Source: Ptychomitrium polyphyllum (Eukaryota). Taken from it: DNA of 64,000 nt. Where the stretch lies: NCBI GenBank assembly GCA_973851085.1, contig OZ316775.1, positions 9,238,001-9,302,000 on the forward strand, given 5' to 3'. The position numbers and the translations under genes are program-made. This document shows, one piece after another, positions 14,001 to 24,375 of this stretch (the first letter of the stretch is position 1; every line of letters begins with the position of its first letter). Below the pieces are notes generated by a model, which was given only the letters and a program-made list of their open reading frames with translations, was not told where the DNA came from and made no database searches.

Positions 14001-16264
14001 TGATTTGTACCTGGAGTTTGCTGAGGTAGAAGCCCGTAGAGGAGCGCATGAGGGAAGGCGTTTCCTGATTGACTAGGAACGAAGGTCCGAGGTTCCTCAC
14101 GAACTCCGGAAGCATCCACCAAACGGCTTGTGTTGGCCGTGTCTGATCAGGCTCGTCATACACAACATCTGAGTGCGGAGCTTGAAGAGTGCCAAGCTGT
14201 ATCTTTGCAAGAACTTGGAAGTGCTAGATCTGGATCGCTGTGATGAGCTCGAGGAGCTTGACGTGACGGGGATGGAGATACGTGGTGGTCACCAGTTGTA
14301 GGCACCTTGAACATTGGAAAGGGCTGGAGGATTTGAGCGATCTTGCTATCTTGCGTTGGACTCGTGATGTATATGCCCTTGAAGTTTGTATTGCGCCTGA
14401 ATTCGTCCAAGATCTGTTGTTGTTGACTTCACTGGAAGTCTTGGATGTAACGGGATTATCCTGGTCGAGGATCGATGCATTCCCACCGAACTTGAGTGGG
14501 TGCACTAGGTTACGGGAGCTCACTATATCTACAGATTTATTTTCTGGAAAGAGGCGGGCACCAGCAGCTTCTGCTGCAGGTGTCGGCGAGTGTTTGCCTA
14601 AATCTCTGATGAGGGTTGATTTCTCTGACGGCCCTGTGCTTGTAGTAGGCTCACATAGTATTGGTGGAATGAGCGCACTAAAAAACTTGCGAGACTTAAA
14701 TTTGGTTGGTTGCGTGGAGGGCACAGATTTGACAGGATTGTGCGAGCTGATTTGTTTGGAGAAGCTCAATGTTGGCTCGACAGGGATTTGTCAGGTACCT
14801 GATGATTTGAGGAAGCCGAAGCAGCTGCGGTTGCTTGCTGTAAGCTGGTGCCGTAATCTCAAGAGCTTAGCTGGCCTTGCCCATACGACAGCCTTGCAGC
14901 GTTTGGATGCTCCTGGTTGTCTTAGCTTGGAAGGGCTTTCAGCTGGTGATTATCTTGGTTTGGAGCTACTGGGGCACCTTGATGTGCGATGTTGCGAGAA
15001 GCTGACAAGCATAGCTGGCATTGTCCATGCGACAGCTCTGCAACGCGTGGATGCATCCTGGTGTGAGAATTTGGGGAAGCTGCCTGATGAGTTCAGAGCC
15101 TTGGAGAAGCTGGAAATGCTCGATCTGTCTTTTAGTGCAAATATACGTAAGCTGCCAAACGACTACAAGTGGCTTGCAGGAGATCCTGGAAGTGAAGGGA
15201 TCTCGAGGGTGAGAGTGGGAGGATGCTGGGGGCTAGTTGGGGCATTCTTGGAAAGACTACAGGGGCCTGAGATGTCACGACCAGTGAAGTGCAGCGAATG
15301 TGAATCCATGCAAGCATGGACTGATGGCATGAAGAATGTCGACGGTGCTGCATATCACTGGCTTACGGAAATCTTTTCAAGCAGAGATTTTTTATGTTGT
15401 TACTGGAACTACATGTTGAATAATGATGAGGTGCCTCATGTCGTGATAAGAGCGCTCTGTGAGCATTTCACCAGGGGGACCTGTTATGCAGTGTTGCTTG
15501 CGGAAGTCACTGATAGTGAACAGGGTTTCTGTAAGTTGCACTGGTGGGTGGTGGTTGCGACAGCACCGTGTACGTTTGCGGCTGTGACAAAGAAGGCGGC
15601 GGTAGAGCCGTGGAAGCAGACCCTTCTTTACTACAGTATAGATCGGATCGTAGCACGCTACATTGATGATGCAAAATGGCGTGCAATGTTCTGTACGCAC
15701 ATGGGAGCAGGAGAAAGCGAGACATTGGACTAAGAAAGCGAGACGCAGGACGAAGGAAGCAAGATTGATGTGGTTGAGTCTGGATCTCCGAAGGCGGCCG
15801 AAGAGCCATCTAGTGTGGATCGAGATGCCTTGAGAGGACTCGTGAAGTCGTTGACAGAGTCAGTGATCTTGCCAGAGCATGATGGCGATGAGGCCCGAGA
15901 CATTGACGAGGAGGGAGATGATATGTCAAGTAATCAGTCGTGGGTGAAAAGGGGGATTGTGGCTGTTTTTCAGAAGTGCAAAGAAATGCTTGAGGAATCA
16001 AGTTAGGACACGGAAGTTGTGGACACTTTCCTGACACAAATAGAAGCAGCGACGGGTGAAGAACTCACGAAAGTTAGCATATTGTGGAGACAGAACGATC
16101 ACGCACTTCAGAGATTGTCTAGCGAGAGAAGTGCTATGCGAATGGCTGCGCGGAAGTCTGAGCTAGAGACTGAGCAAGTCTCTGAGACAAATGTTCGTGA
16201 AGCCACTATGCTAGAGAGGCTCAGATGCCATAAGGATCTGTTTCCAAACATCCCATTTGGATAA
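11072..16264 (+). pseudogene. TIR-NB-ARC-LRR (TNL-type) immune receptor pseudogene with long post-LRR extension
   Basis: TIR exon 11332-11965: KIFLSRSG, FFDKRDVSLRKGE, AVLVLSNDIFTSSKWPMMEV. NB-ARC: P-loop GMGGVGKST, kinase-2 FLVVDNLW, RNBS-B GSMVLVTARS, GLPL-like GHHPLALK, RNBS-D MFLDLA, MHD-like SIHDLY (exon from 13930). LRRs LxxLdLxxC at ~14180-15200. Lesions: frameshifts at ~13060-13082 and ~14280; in-frame stops at 14074, 14170, 15731, 16004. Confidence 0.88.
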
Positions 16265-17021
16265 ATGCTTGAAGGTATATCATACGGTACATCCTATTGC
16301 TAATCGTCGCCTGATGGGCCAGGTGTTGTTATAGCTCTGCACATACAGTTAGTATTCAGAGAACTGGGGTTGGGTTGTAAGAATCAATAGGGGGTAGTAC
16401 GTTCTACCTTGTTGTGGCACTACGCCAATGTGCCCGATTTTCCATCGGGAATTCTACTAATTGGAATTTGACAATTGAGTATTCCTGCTTCCCAAGTGCT
16501 TGTTTTGCTTCCTGATCAATGCACTGCAGCATTGAAATGGATTATCGGAGCGATTTTCCCGACTATGAGGCAAGTTAATTGTAATTATGATCAATGGCCT
16601 CCCCTTGCGCCTATGCTCAAAGCATGCCGCAGCTGGTGTCCATATGACGACATGGCATTCTGACCATTTGGGCCCCCTTGCACGAGCTTGCGATATCTTA
16701 CCCAGAAATGCACATGTTTGTACGTGCTTGCCATAGGCGCATCGTTTTGCAGATCACTTTAAAAGTACTGAGTCGCTAACAGTCCAATCTACTGTTAGAA
16801 CTCAAAGAATCTCCAACTTCAATACGCGAATCGCTTTTCGCCTACCACGTGGACAGTTCAACAAGGCTATTAGGGTCCATCTCCATATTTCACCATTGAT
16901 CTCCGCCGCGCGCATGCTCTTTCCTGTCGACCCTGAACGCGAGGAGATTGTGCGCCATGAAACTGTTGGGTTTCGAGATTCTTGTCACTCGTCTCGTATA
17001 GTTGTGGCTACAGCCGTGACG

Positions 17022-17470
17022 ATGGCAGGCGCTCTGGCCCCTCCGCACGCCTGCGCTCGCATCATCGCCCCTGCCCCTGCCTCTGCCCCATTACCCCCAC
17101 GTAAGCCCTTCACTGCCTCCCACTTCTCTTTTTCTTTGCAGTCGCTGCAGCAGCTCGGTATGGCCACCCTCAGATGATCAGGAAACGCTTACTTGGATAG
17201 AGTATTTCATTCCACCTCGCTAATCCTGGCAACATTTATGGAGTTTGAGTGGTTTCAGTTCCTAGTGCGTTTGTACAACATGATGAAAGCAAGCCTCGGG
17301 TTCCTCTTGAGGAAGTTAACTAGAGAAGCTAGATCCCACCCGGGCGGCGCCGCCGTACCGAAGTCCAGTGTTACCCCCAAGCATCACAATGTGGTCTGCG
17401 AGCGGCTCTTTTCGTAGCAAGCTGATGTGCGTGCTGTTGCTGGTCTTACTGCTGCTAGCAGCGTTCTGAC
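17022..17470 (+). other. Possible orphan/decayed 5' exons encoding a plastid transit-peptide-like sequence
   Basis: MAGALAPPHACARIIAPAPASAPLPPRKPFTASHFSFSLQSLQQL is Ala/Pro/Ser rich and acid-free, and ends at donor CTCG|GTATGG. A following segment has an in-frame TAG at 17415. G-box CACGTG near 16846. Confidence 0.25.
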
Positions 17471-19651
17471 GTAGCGAATTGTCGACGCCCGGCAAACTGC
17501 AATTGTATGTGTCGTGTATATTGTTTTTGATGAATAATGAGCATTTGTGCTCCTCTTATCATTCAAGCGTTCCAACATCAAGTTATTTCGTAGATATTCA
17601 GTATATGGGCAGAATAAGTTCTTAGGGCAGTTTTCCTGTAGAAGTGAATGTATTTGATTCATTTCGTGCACTACTATACCAGGAGATTTTCCCGAGGAAG
17701 TAGGCTACACCTTAGAGATAAACGAGTACAAATCAATGCCCAACATTGAAGCCGATTGCACATATCCACAAATTCAAAGCTCAGTAAAAGTCTGGTAGTG
17801 TGGCCTCAACAAGTGGTTGATGTGGTCAGTGTTTGTAACCACAGCGTTCGGTGAAGATCATTGCCATAAGACTCTAGTGTCCTTATTCTGGTAACGCCTA
17901 TCTACAATGTTGATCTCACATTGTGCGCTTTCACGAGATCAGAAGGGAAACATGATAGAATTGCGCAGGGAAGGAGACCTTCCAAAAACGACCAAGCATG
18001 GTAAACCTTCTCCCTATTAAACCCCGCCACATTATTTCAGTCCTGAACTATAATTACTGTGGCATTGTAAACTGTAATGCTACACTTACTGTTATTACAA
18101 TGCTCAAGTCACGATATATTTCAGCATGTTATCAATTCCTACTCAAGCCAGATCGTTTCAATCCCACAGGCTGGCTTCAGTAGACGAAGGTACAATCCAC
18201 ACTAACAGGCCACGTTCTTCATAAGACGGATGTCTAAGTTGCCATCAAGTCGGGACCACTGCAGCAGATTTCAGTCACTTGTGAAATCAGAACCTTAGAC
18301 TACCGATGTGTTGTCCAATGTAAGTTCACTTACACCCCTTTTGACCGTGAACACGAACATCATTAATTACAACTCTGAAGACAAACAACAATATCAACCG
18401 TCCAGAAAATGCGGATGTGATTCAGATGAATATGGTCCTGAATCGTACTAGAGTGCCATGTAACACATATTGCAGAAACAGTCCACCTAGTTTATTTTTT
18501 AATCATATCATAATACAGAAGCTCCTTTCTGCTCTTTCGCCACTGTAGCACAGCAACAAGAAAGCCGTAAATCTTGTCGTTCACGCATTCTAAGTCCTCT
18601 CTAGTCTTTTATGACTCTCTGGTACAAATATTCGTAAGCAGGTGATGCTTTCGTTTACGCTACCCCAGGTTGAGACTTCGCTTGTTTACTCCCCTTTTGC
18701 CTGGTGGTTGACACTGACTGTCCCGAGCCAATCTACTCGTTGTCACCGTACTGCAGACAGTGCAACCCGAAAAGATTGTTTACTCAAATGTAGCAACGGA
18801 AACGGACGTTCCACTGTAACGACATCAATGCCGTCCCCAAATGGCCACAGGAATCCCCACAGAACTCAGCTCCCTCGCAGCACAGGTGCCGTCTGCAGAT
18901 GAACGCAACACCTCTGCAGAGTCCGCGCACTCCGTCGACGAACGGACGTCGTCAGTCGGCCTTCAGATCGCAAACTCCACAGAAACCCGTGGCCCCCATG
19001 ATCGAGCACTGGCAGGTCAGGAACCTTCGTTTCCTTCCGACCCAGTTCGACCCTCGCACGTCGTGACGTCGCAACTATGGGCACAGAAAGCTTCATTTGC
19101 TGAACCTTTTCGGAAGTACAGGGTGCTCGATTCATCAGCATTTTCTGGTTGTTGCAGCAGAGGGGTGGTTGATCTTTGGCCTACGGTCAGCTCAAGGTTG
19201 AATGTAGAGCTGGTCGGTACAACTATGGAGTCGGGATCGACATGACCCAGTCTGAATCTGGTGATCAATCTGGTTGCGTCGAGCTATGAGTGGAAGGCAA
19301 TTATTGAGGAGATGGTAGACTAGGTTACGAAGTGAGTGGCGAGTGGTGGCGGCATTTGATCGACCAAGGGGCAGCAAATCTGCTTGTCCGTGTGCAGCTT
19401 GCGCTCTGCAGGGATGAGTATTTCGAGGTAAGATCTTGAATTCTACTTCACGTTTTTTGGGTGTTTCTCAACCATTAGATTTTGCTCTGGGTGGTCTTGT
19501 TCAAGAATTGGCGCTCTTGGGTGTTCTTGTGAACTGATTGAGAATCTGAAAACCCAAAGCACAGGAGATCTTTCGGCCCTACGAAGGGTGCTTGTGGTGA
19601 ATCGCACCGGATGGTCGAGGTTTGATGTGATTCGTCAGCTCGGGCCGGGAA

Positions 19652-21397
19652 ATGGCCATGGGCTTCTTTGCCAAAAACGGAAAATGTCGCCACATTCCGC
19701 GCGCGACAGGGTTCCTGTTCACGCTTTTCCTGGCGCTTTACTATTTAGTGTTCACACGGCAAGTGCACATACTGTACCGAGGGGGAGGTGCGTTCGGACG
19801 CCCGTCTGAGAATCTGAATGCAACCGAGTTGAAAGAAAGTCGAGAAACCGCCATTGAAAGTTTGATTAGATCTTTACAAGAGGCCACCAGGGAAGCCGCG
19901 GGAGGGCAGGACGAGAGCGCATGGTGGACACTTGAGGCGAGGGAGAGATGGAATCGGGAGAATCCGTGTGTGAGTCGCATGGAAATGCGGGGGAAGTACA
20001 AGCAGCGAGCAGGAGTGCCGTACGAGGAGCCCAATCCGCAATGGGGAGTGGTTTTGGCGGAGTATGCCAGGCTGCACCGCACTTGTATGCGCAGAGTTGG
20101 TGATGCGACGGCGTATTTCTTGAGCAGAAACTCCTCCGTGAACTGCAAGTTCACGGTGGTGGACACGGAGGAGGCGGCGGGGTTGGGGAACAGGCTAGTG
20201 ATGATAGCGTCGGCGTTTACGTACTCTTTGCTCACGCAACGAGTGCTCCTTATTGCCAGAGAGATTCTACCTCCCGCGCTAGTCTGCGAGCCCTTCGAAG
20301 GCTCCTCATGGCGGGGCTTCGACCCTGGCTATCTTGTGACGCCCTACAGAGCAGGGAACGACTTCTGGACGAAATCCGCGCTCTTTCACAGCCGCATCGA
20401 CATCGCGCAGCGAGTGGGCGACTCGCCCGCGACGTCGCCGCTCACGCACCCCTACTCCGTGGCGAACGGCGAAGGCGGCTACACGGAGCAGGTCGATAGC
20501 CGATTTTACTGCGACATGGAGCAACAGTACTACAAGAACGTCCCATGGGTGTACATCATGGGCTGCCTCTACTTCACGCCCAAGCTCTTCGCAATCCCCT
20601 CGTTCCGTCCCGCCCTCGACGCCCTCTTCCCCGCCAGAACAATCCTCACTAACATCCTCCGCGACGTGCTCTCCCCGTCCGCCACTGTCTGGGACCGCGT
20701 CAAGCGCACCGAGGAAGCCCACGACCTCCACCGCGCGGACCGCCGCTTGGGCATCCAAGTCCGCTATCGCTACAAAGCGGAGCAGTTCAAGAACATGCAC
20801 GTCCTCGTGGAGGATCGCATCCTCCAATGCGGGATCACAAACCATCTCCTCCCACAAACCCAGGAAACCCAAGAGCACCATGCCCTAATCACGGACTCCA
20901 ACCAAACAGTCCACACAACGTCCGTCTTTGTGGCGTCTCTCTTCGAAGGCGTGAAGAACAACCTCACAGCGACGTTCCGTCGCTATCCCACGGCCACCGG
21001 CGAGCGCGTGGAGGTGGTGCAGTTGTCGTCCGAAGGCGAGCAGAAGTACGGGGTGGAGATATTCCAGGAAGCGCTGGCGGAGATCGTCACTCTCAGCTTC
21101 TCCGATCACTTGCTGGTCACTCCGCAGTCGACGTTCAGCGGCGTGGCGCAAGGGTATGGTGGGCTGGTGCCGTGGTTCATCGAGTTCCGGGAGGGGTTGC
21201 AATCCTCCGCTCCTCCTTGCACTCGCGGCCAGAGCGTCGATGTCTGCTTCCAGGTTCCGTATGACTACAGCTTTCGGTGTCCACACGACGCAGCTGTGAA
21301 TAATTATGAGATCAGTCGCGTTTATCCTGATATTCAGCGCTGCTTGGACGCCGACACCCCCGGATTGCAGCTCATCACGCACCCTCCTGCAAGCTGA
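19652..21397 (+). CDS. GT37 family alpha-1,2-fucosyltransferase (xyloglucan FUT-like), type II membrane protein, intronless CDS
   Basis: 581-aa ORF with N-terminal TM (FLFTLFLALYYLVF). GT37 motifs YARLHRTC, GLGNRLVMIASAFTYSLLTQRVLL, CEPFEGSSW, YFTPKLFAIPSF, ADRRLGIQVR, VFVASL, ALAEIVTLSFSDHLLVTPQSTFSGVAQGYGGLVPW, PPCTRGQS. Confidence 0.93.
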   Translation: MAMGFFAKNGKCRHIPRATGFLFTLFLALYYLVFTRQVHILYRGGGAFGRPSENLNATELKESRETAIESLIRSLQEATREAAGGQDESAWWTLEARERWNRENPCVSRMEMRGKYKQRAGVPYEEPNPQWGVVLAEYARLHRTCMRRVGDATAYFLSRNSSVNCKFTVVDTEEAAGLGNRLVMIASAFTYSLLTQRVLLIAREILPPALVCEPFEGSSWRGFDPGYLVTPYRAGNDFWTKSALFHSRIDIAQRVGDSPATSPLTHPYSVANGEGGYTEQVDSRFYCDMEQQYYKNVPWVYIMGCLYFTPKLFAIPSFRPALDALFPARTILTNILRDVLSPSATVWDRVKRTEEAHDLHRADRRLGIQVRYRYKAEQFKNMHVLVEDRILQCGITNHLLPQTQETQEHHALITDSNQTVHTTSVFVASLFEGVKNNLTATFRRYPTATGERVEVVQLSSEGEQKYGVEIFQEALAEIVTLSFSDHLLVTPQSTFSGVAQGYGGLVPWFIEFREGLQSSAPPCTRGQSVDVCFQVPYDYSFRCPHDAAVNNYEISRVYPDIQRCLDADTPGLQLITHPPAS

Positions 21398-21899
21398 GCA
21401 TCGATCCGGCGCTTCTTCGATCAAATCCCAAGATCGATCTGTCAGCCATTTGGTGATCGATCTCACAACTCACACAACCCAGGGTCATACACAGGCTGCA
21501 CCCTTGGTATATCCGAGCTGGCAGATGGAGAAGAGCCGACGTGGGGACGAGCGGTGGTGTGCTGTGAATTGGAGCGTAAGTTGTCATCAATTTGCTCGCT
21601 TCACTGGTAATCCTTCAATCACTTATTGAACTGGTTTCTTTCGGAGTTATTTCCTGGGAGATGATTTTATGAAAGTTGCAGTGGAGGTGATGAGGGTGGG
21701 ATTGTCCGGCAATTGAGACAGGTGAGGATTTTGGTCCTCGTTAGGGAATGTACAACGTATTAATGGAAGAGAGAGAGAGAGTGATTTAGACGATTGATTC
21801 AATTCATGACTTGGCAGCTCATGGGTTCATTCATCTTCTTTCGTGGAGAGATGGGAATTGACATGGAATTCTTGAACAGAAGCTTGGAATATTCCTTGA

Positions 21900-22960
21900 A
21901 TTCGTTTCGAATAATAGTTGGAAACGTCAGCTAAGGATTCTTGACAATGGCATGCGTTTTGAGAATTCATGCAAATAAACGTGACATTTGTTCATGGGTT
22001 TAAAAGAGCACATTTGAAATCTTTCATTGGACCCTCTTCTTGAAAGGGTAGTCCTCTCCATTGTTCTGGAATGCTGTGATCTATAAAGTTATAAAAGAAT
22101 TTAGTGAATTGGAAGTTATTATTATATAAGTTAGCCTAGCACTGTCTCTCAGATTGGAGCTTGATTAAATTTGGTATCATATGCTTTTGTATCCCTACAA
22201 TATAATAATTTGTAATGATAAATGCTAATTAATACACCTTAATTTCATATAATTTCCAAATGATTCAAATATTTTTAATTAAATCCTTTTTTATCCAAAG
22301 ATATAGAACTTGCTTTAAATGTCCAAGTATAAATTCACCTTAGTTGGTTAAGAATTAATTAGATCTTGTTTTCTTAGTATACATGTTCCAATCATATATT
22401 TAAGAGCATGCTTTCATGGTATACCTATCTTTGTTATTTCCTATAGAAGCACTATAAATAGATTCGGATAAAATATTGTGAAAAAAATTTGGAAAAGACA
22501 TTTCTATGTAGATATTCAATTTACTTAAGTGAAATAAAAGACAATTCAAAAAAATCAATGAATAGGATGAAGAATAAAAGAATATACAAAAGAAAGAAAC
22601 AATGAATCATTTAGTAATGAATTAAGTAGTTAGAAATTTCAATGATTTAAAATGAATATAAAAGACACCCACTTTTTAAGTGGGTTTGCCATCTCCTTGA
22701 GTGAAGCCTTTCAACATATCCAACATTATTATGATAGCTTGGAAATTAATCAGTTGCAAGGAAGTGGCTTAAGGTCATTGTTGACAATGGATTGGATGTA
22801 GCATGGAACTCTCTTTAATTGACATGAAAAAACAAGTGAGACAGTGCAATTCTCTGCAAACTTACGCCTTTACAACCTTTGTCCTAGACAGCTTTTGTGG
22901 TTGTTAAATTGATGTAAAATCAAATCATAAGTCAAAATAAAAAATACTACTAAAATCTGA
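21900..22960. repeat. AT-rich block immediately upstream of the truncated ankyrin gene; probable decayed TE
   Basis: Very low GC, no ORFs; ends abruptly where GC-rich ankyrin coding sequence begins. Confidence 0.35.
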
Positions 22961-22979
22961 GAATTGAACATATCAACTG

Positions 22980-23993
22980 TTGGACATAGCAACGCAGCAC
23001 AGGTCGGGTGGTCACGGCGCCATTGCGCATTACCTCATCGATTGTTTGGAAGCGTCTGTCAAGGAGTCGGAAGATGAATGTTCCGGCAATACTTTAGTGC
23101 ACTGGGCCTCAAAGAACAGCAACAGGGAGCTGACGGACCTCATCTTGGCCTGGAGGCCGGAGGCTGTGATCGTGGTGGACAAGAGGAGGCAGACTCCGCT
23201 CTATTCGGCCTTTATCCACGGCCACACGGATCTTGTGCACGGGTTGTGCCGGGAGCAGGGTTGGCCGTTGAGTTCTGCCGAAGTTGACAAGACGGGCGCC
23301 AGACCTTTAGATCACGCATTTGAGCTGACACATGAGAAACAAGTGCAAGAGATTCAGGAGCTCCTCCTTCGTCGTGACGACGTGAAAGAGTATATGGAAA
23401 AAGTCTACAGGCTTGACATGAATACCATGAACGCGCTCTCCGTCGGGGCGGCGCTCTTCGCAAGTGTGACATACGTTGCTTGGATGCAACCACCCTTTGA
23501 ATTCCTAGCGGATTACAACGATCCACTAAAGTCGCCTCCGGTTCCACAGGATACATTCGCAGTGCACGCCGCAGTCGGTAACGTAAATGTCAGGTTCTTC
23601 TTCATTTTCAGCGCAGTAGCCTTCATCTTCTCCTTGATTACTATTTTTCGTGGCATCGAGGCTCTAGCAAGCAACCGCAAGAAGCTTAACTAAGGATACT
23701 TCTCCAGGTTGTTAAGAAGATCGATTCGGCATAGCTACTGGTATTTCGTCCTGTCCACGACGTTCATAATCGCAGCTTTCGAGCAAGCTGGGAAGGCGAT
23801 TATACCTCCAAACGAAATGTGGTACATTTTCGCCCTCATGTATATCATATGGGCTTCCTGGGGGCTGTTATTTTTAGTATTAGCACGTAAATTTATCAAA
23901 CGAAGATGCAAACAATGTTGGAAGGAGAATGGAAGAGAGCTTAAACGACTTTGGTGCAAGAAAAGTACAGCTGTAGACAATGATGTTAGATAG
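22980..23993 (+). pseudogene. Ankyrin-repeat + PGG-domain transmembrane protein (ACD6/ITN1-like), 5'-truncated with internal stop
   Basis: Ankyrin motifs GNTLVHWAS, QTPLYSAFIHGHTDLV, DKTGARPLD. PGG-type MNALSVGAALFASVTYVAWMQPP, FFFIFSAVAFIFSL and further TM helices. In-frame TAA at 23691-23693, after which the same frame continues to 23993. No clear ATG-bearing N-terminus. Confidence 0.8.
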
Positions 23994-24375
23994 CAACTAA
24001 CGAACCAGCACAGTGTAGAGTTGAAGAACGACATTTGTAGAGCGAATGCAAATGCTACTGCTAGAATTTCCGACTCAATTTGTGGTCGTAAAATATTAAA
24101 ATTTATGTTCGCAACTTTGTGCTTTTTCTGTCTGCGTTCCCTTTTGTCATTCGTCTCCTTTCCACTGCAGTAGACATCTTCCATCTTTCTAGTCTATTGC
24201 AGACCTGTCGTCTTGTTTCAACAATGAGTTTACAAGAATGTCATTGCACAGAAACAAACTTTTCAGTTATAAATAAAGCAAAGTATACAAGTTGAATTGT
24301 CTTGTTCCAACGGTTTACGGTGAAAATTTTCAGATACTGCCGATCGAGTCAAATGGATGAGCCTTATAGACATCT

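Noticed and set aside
10892..15809. Antisense ORFs (187, 252, 137 and 181 aa) across the NLR locus
   Set aside because: They overlap clear sense-strand domains or introns and have no family signatures.
19741..21629. Many long antisense and alternate-frame ORFs over the GT37 gene
   Set aside because: Shadow ORFs from GC-rich codon usage; no recognisable motifs.
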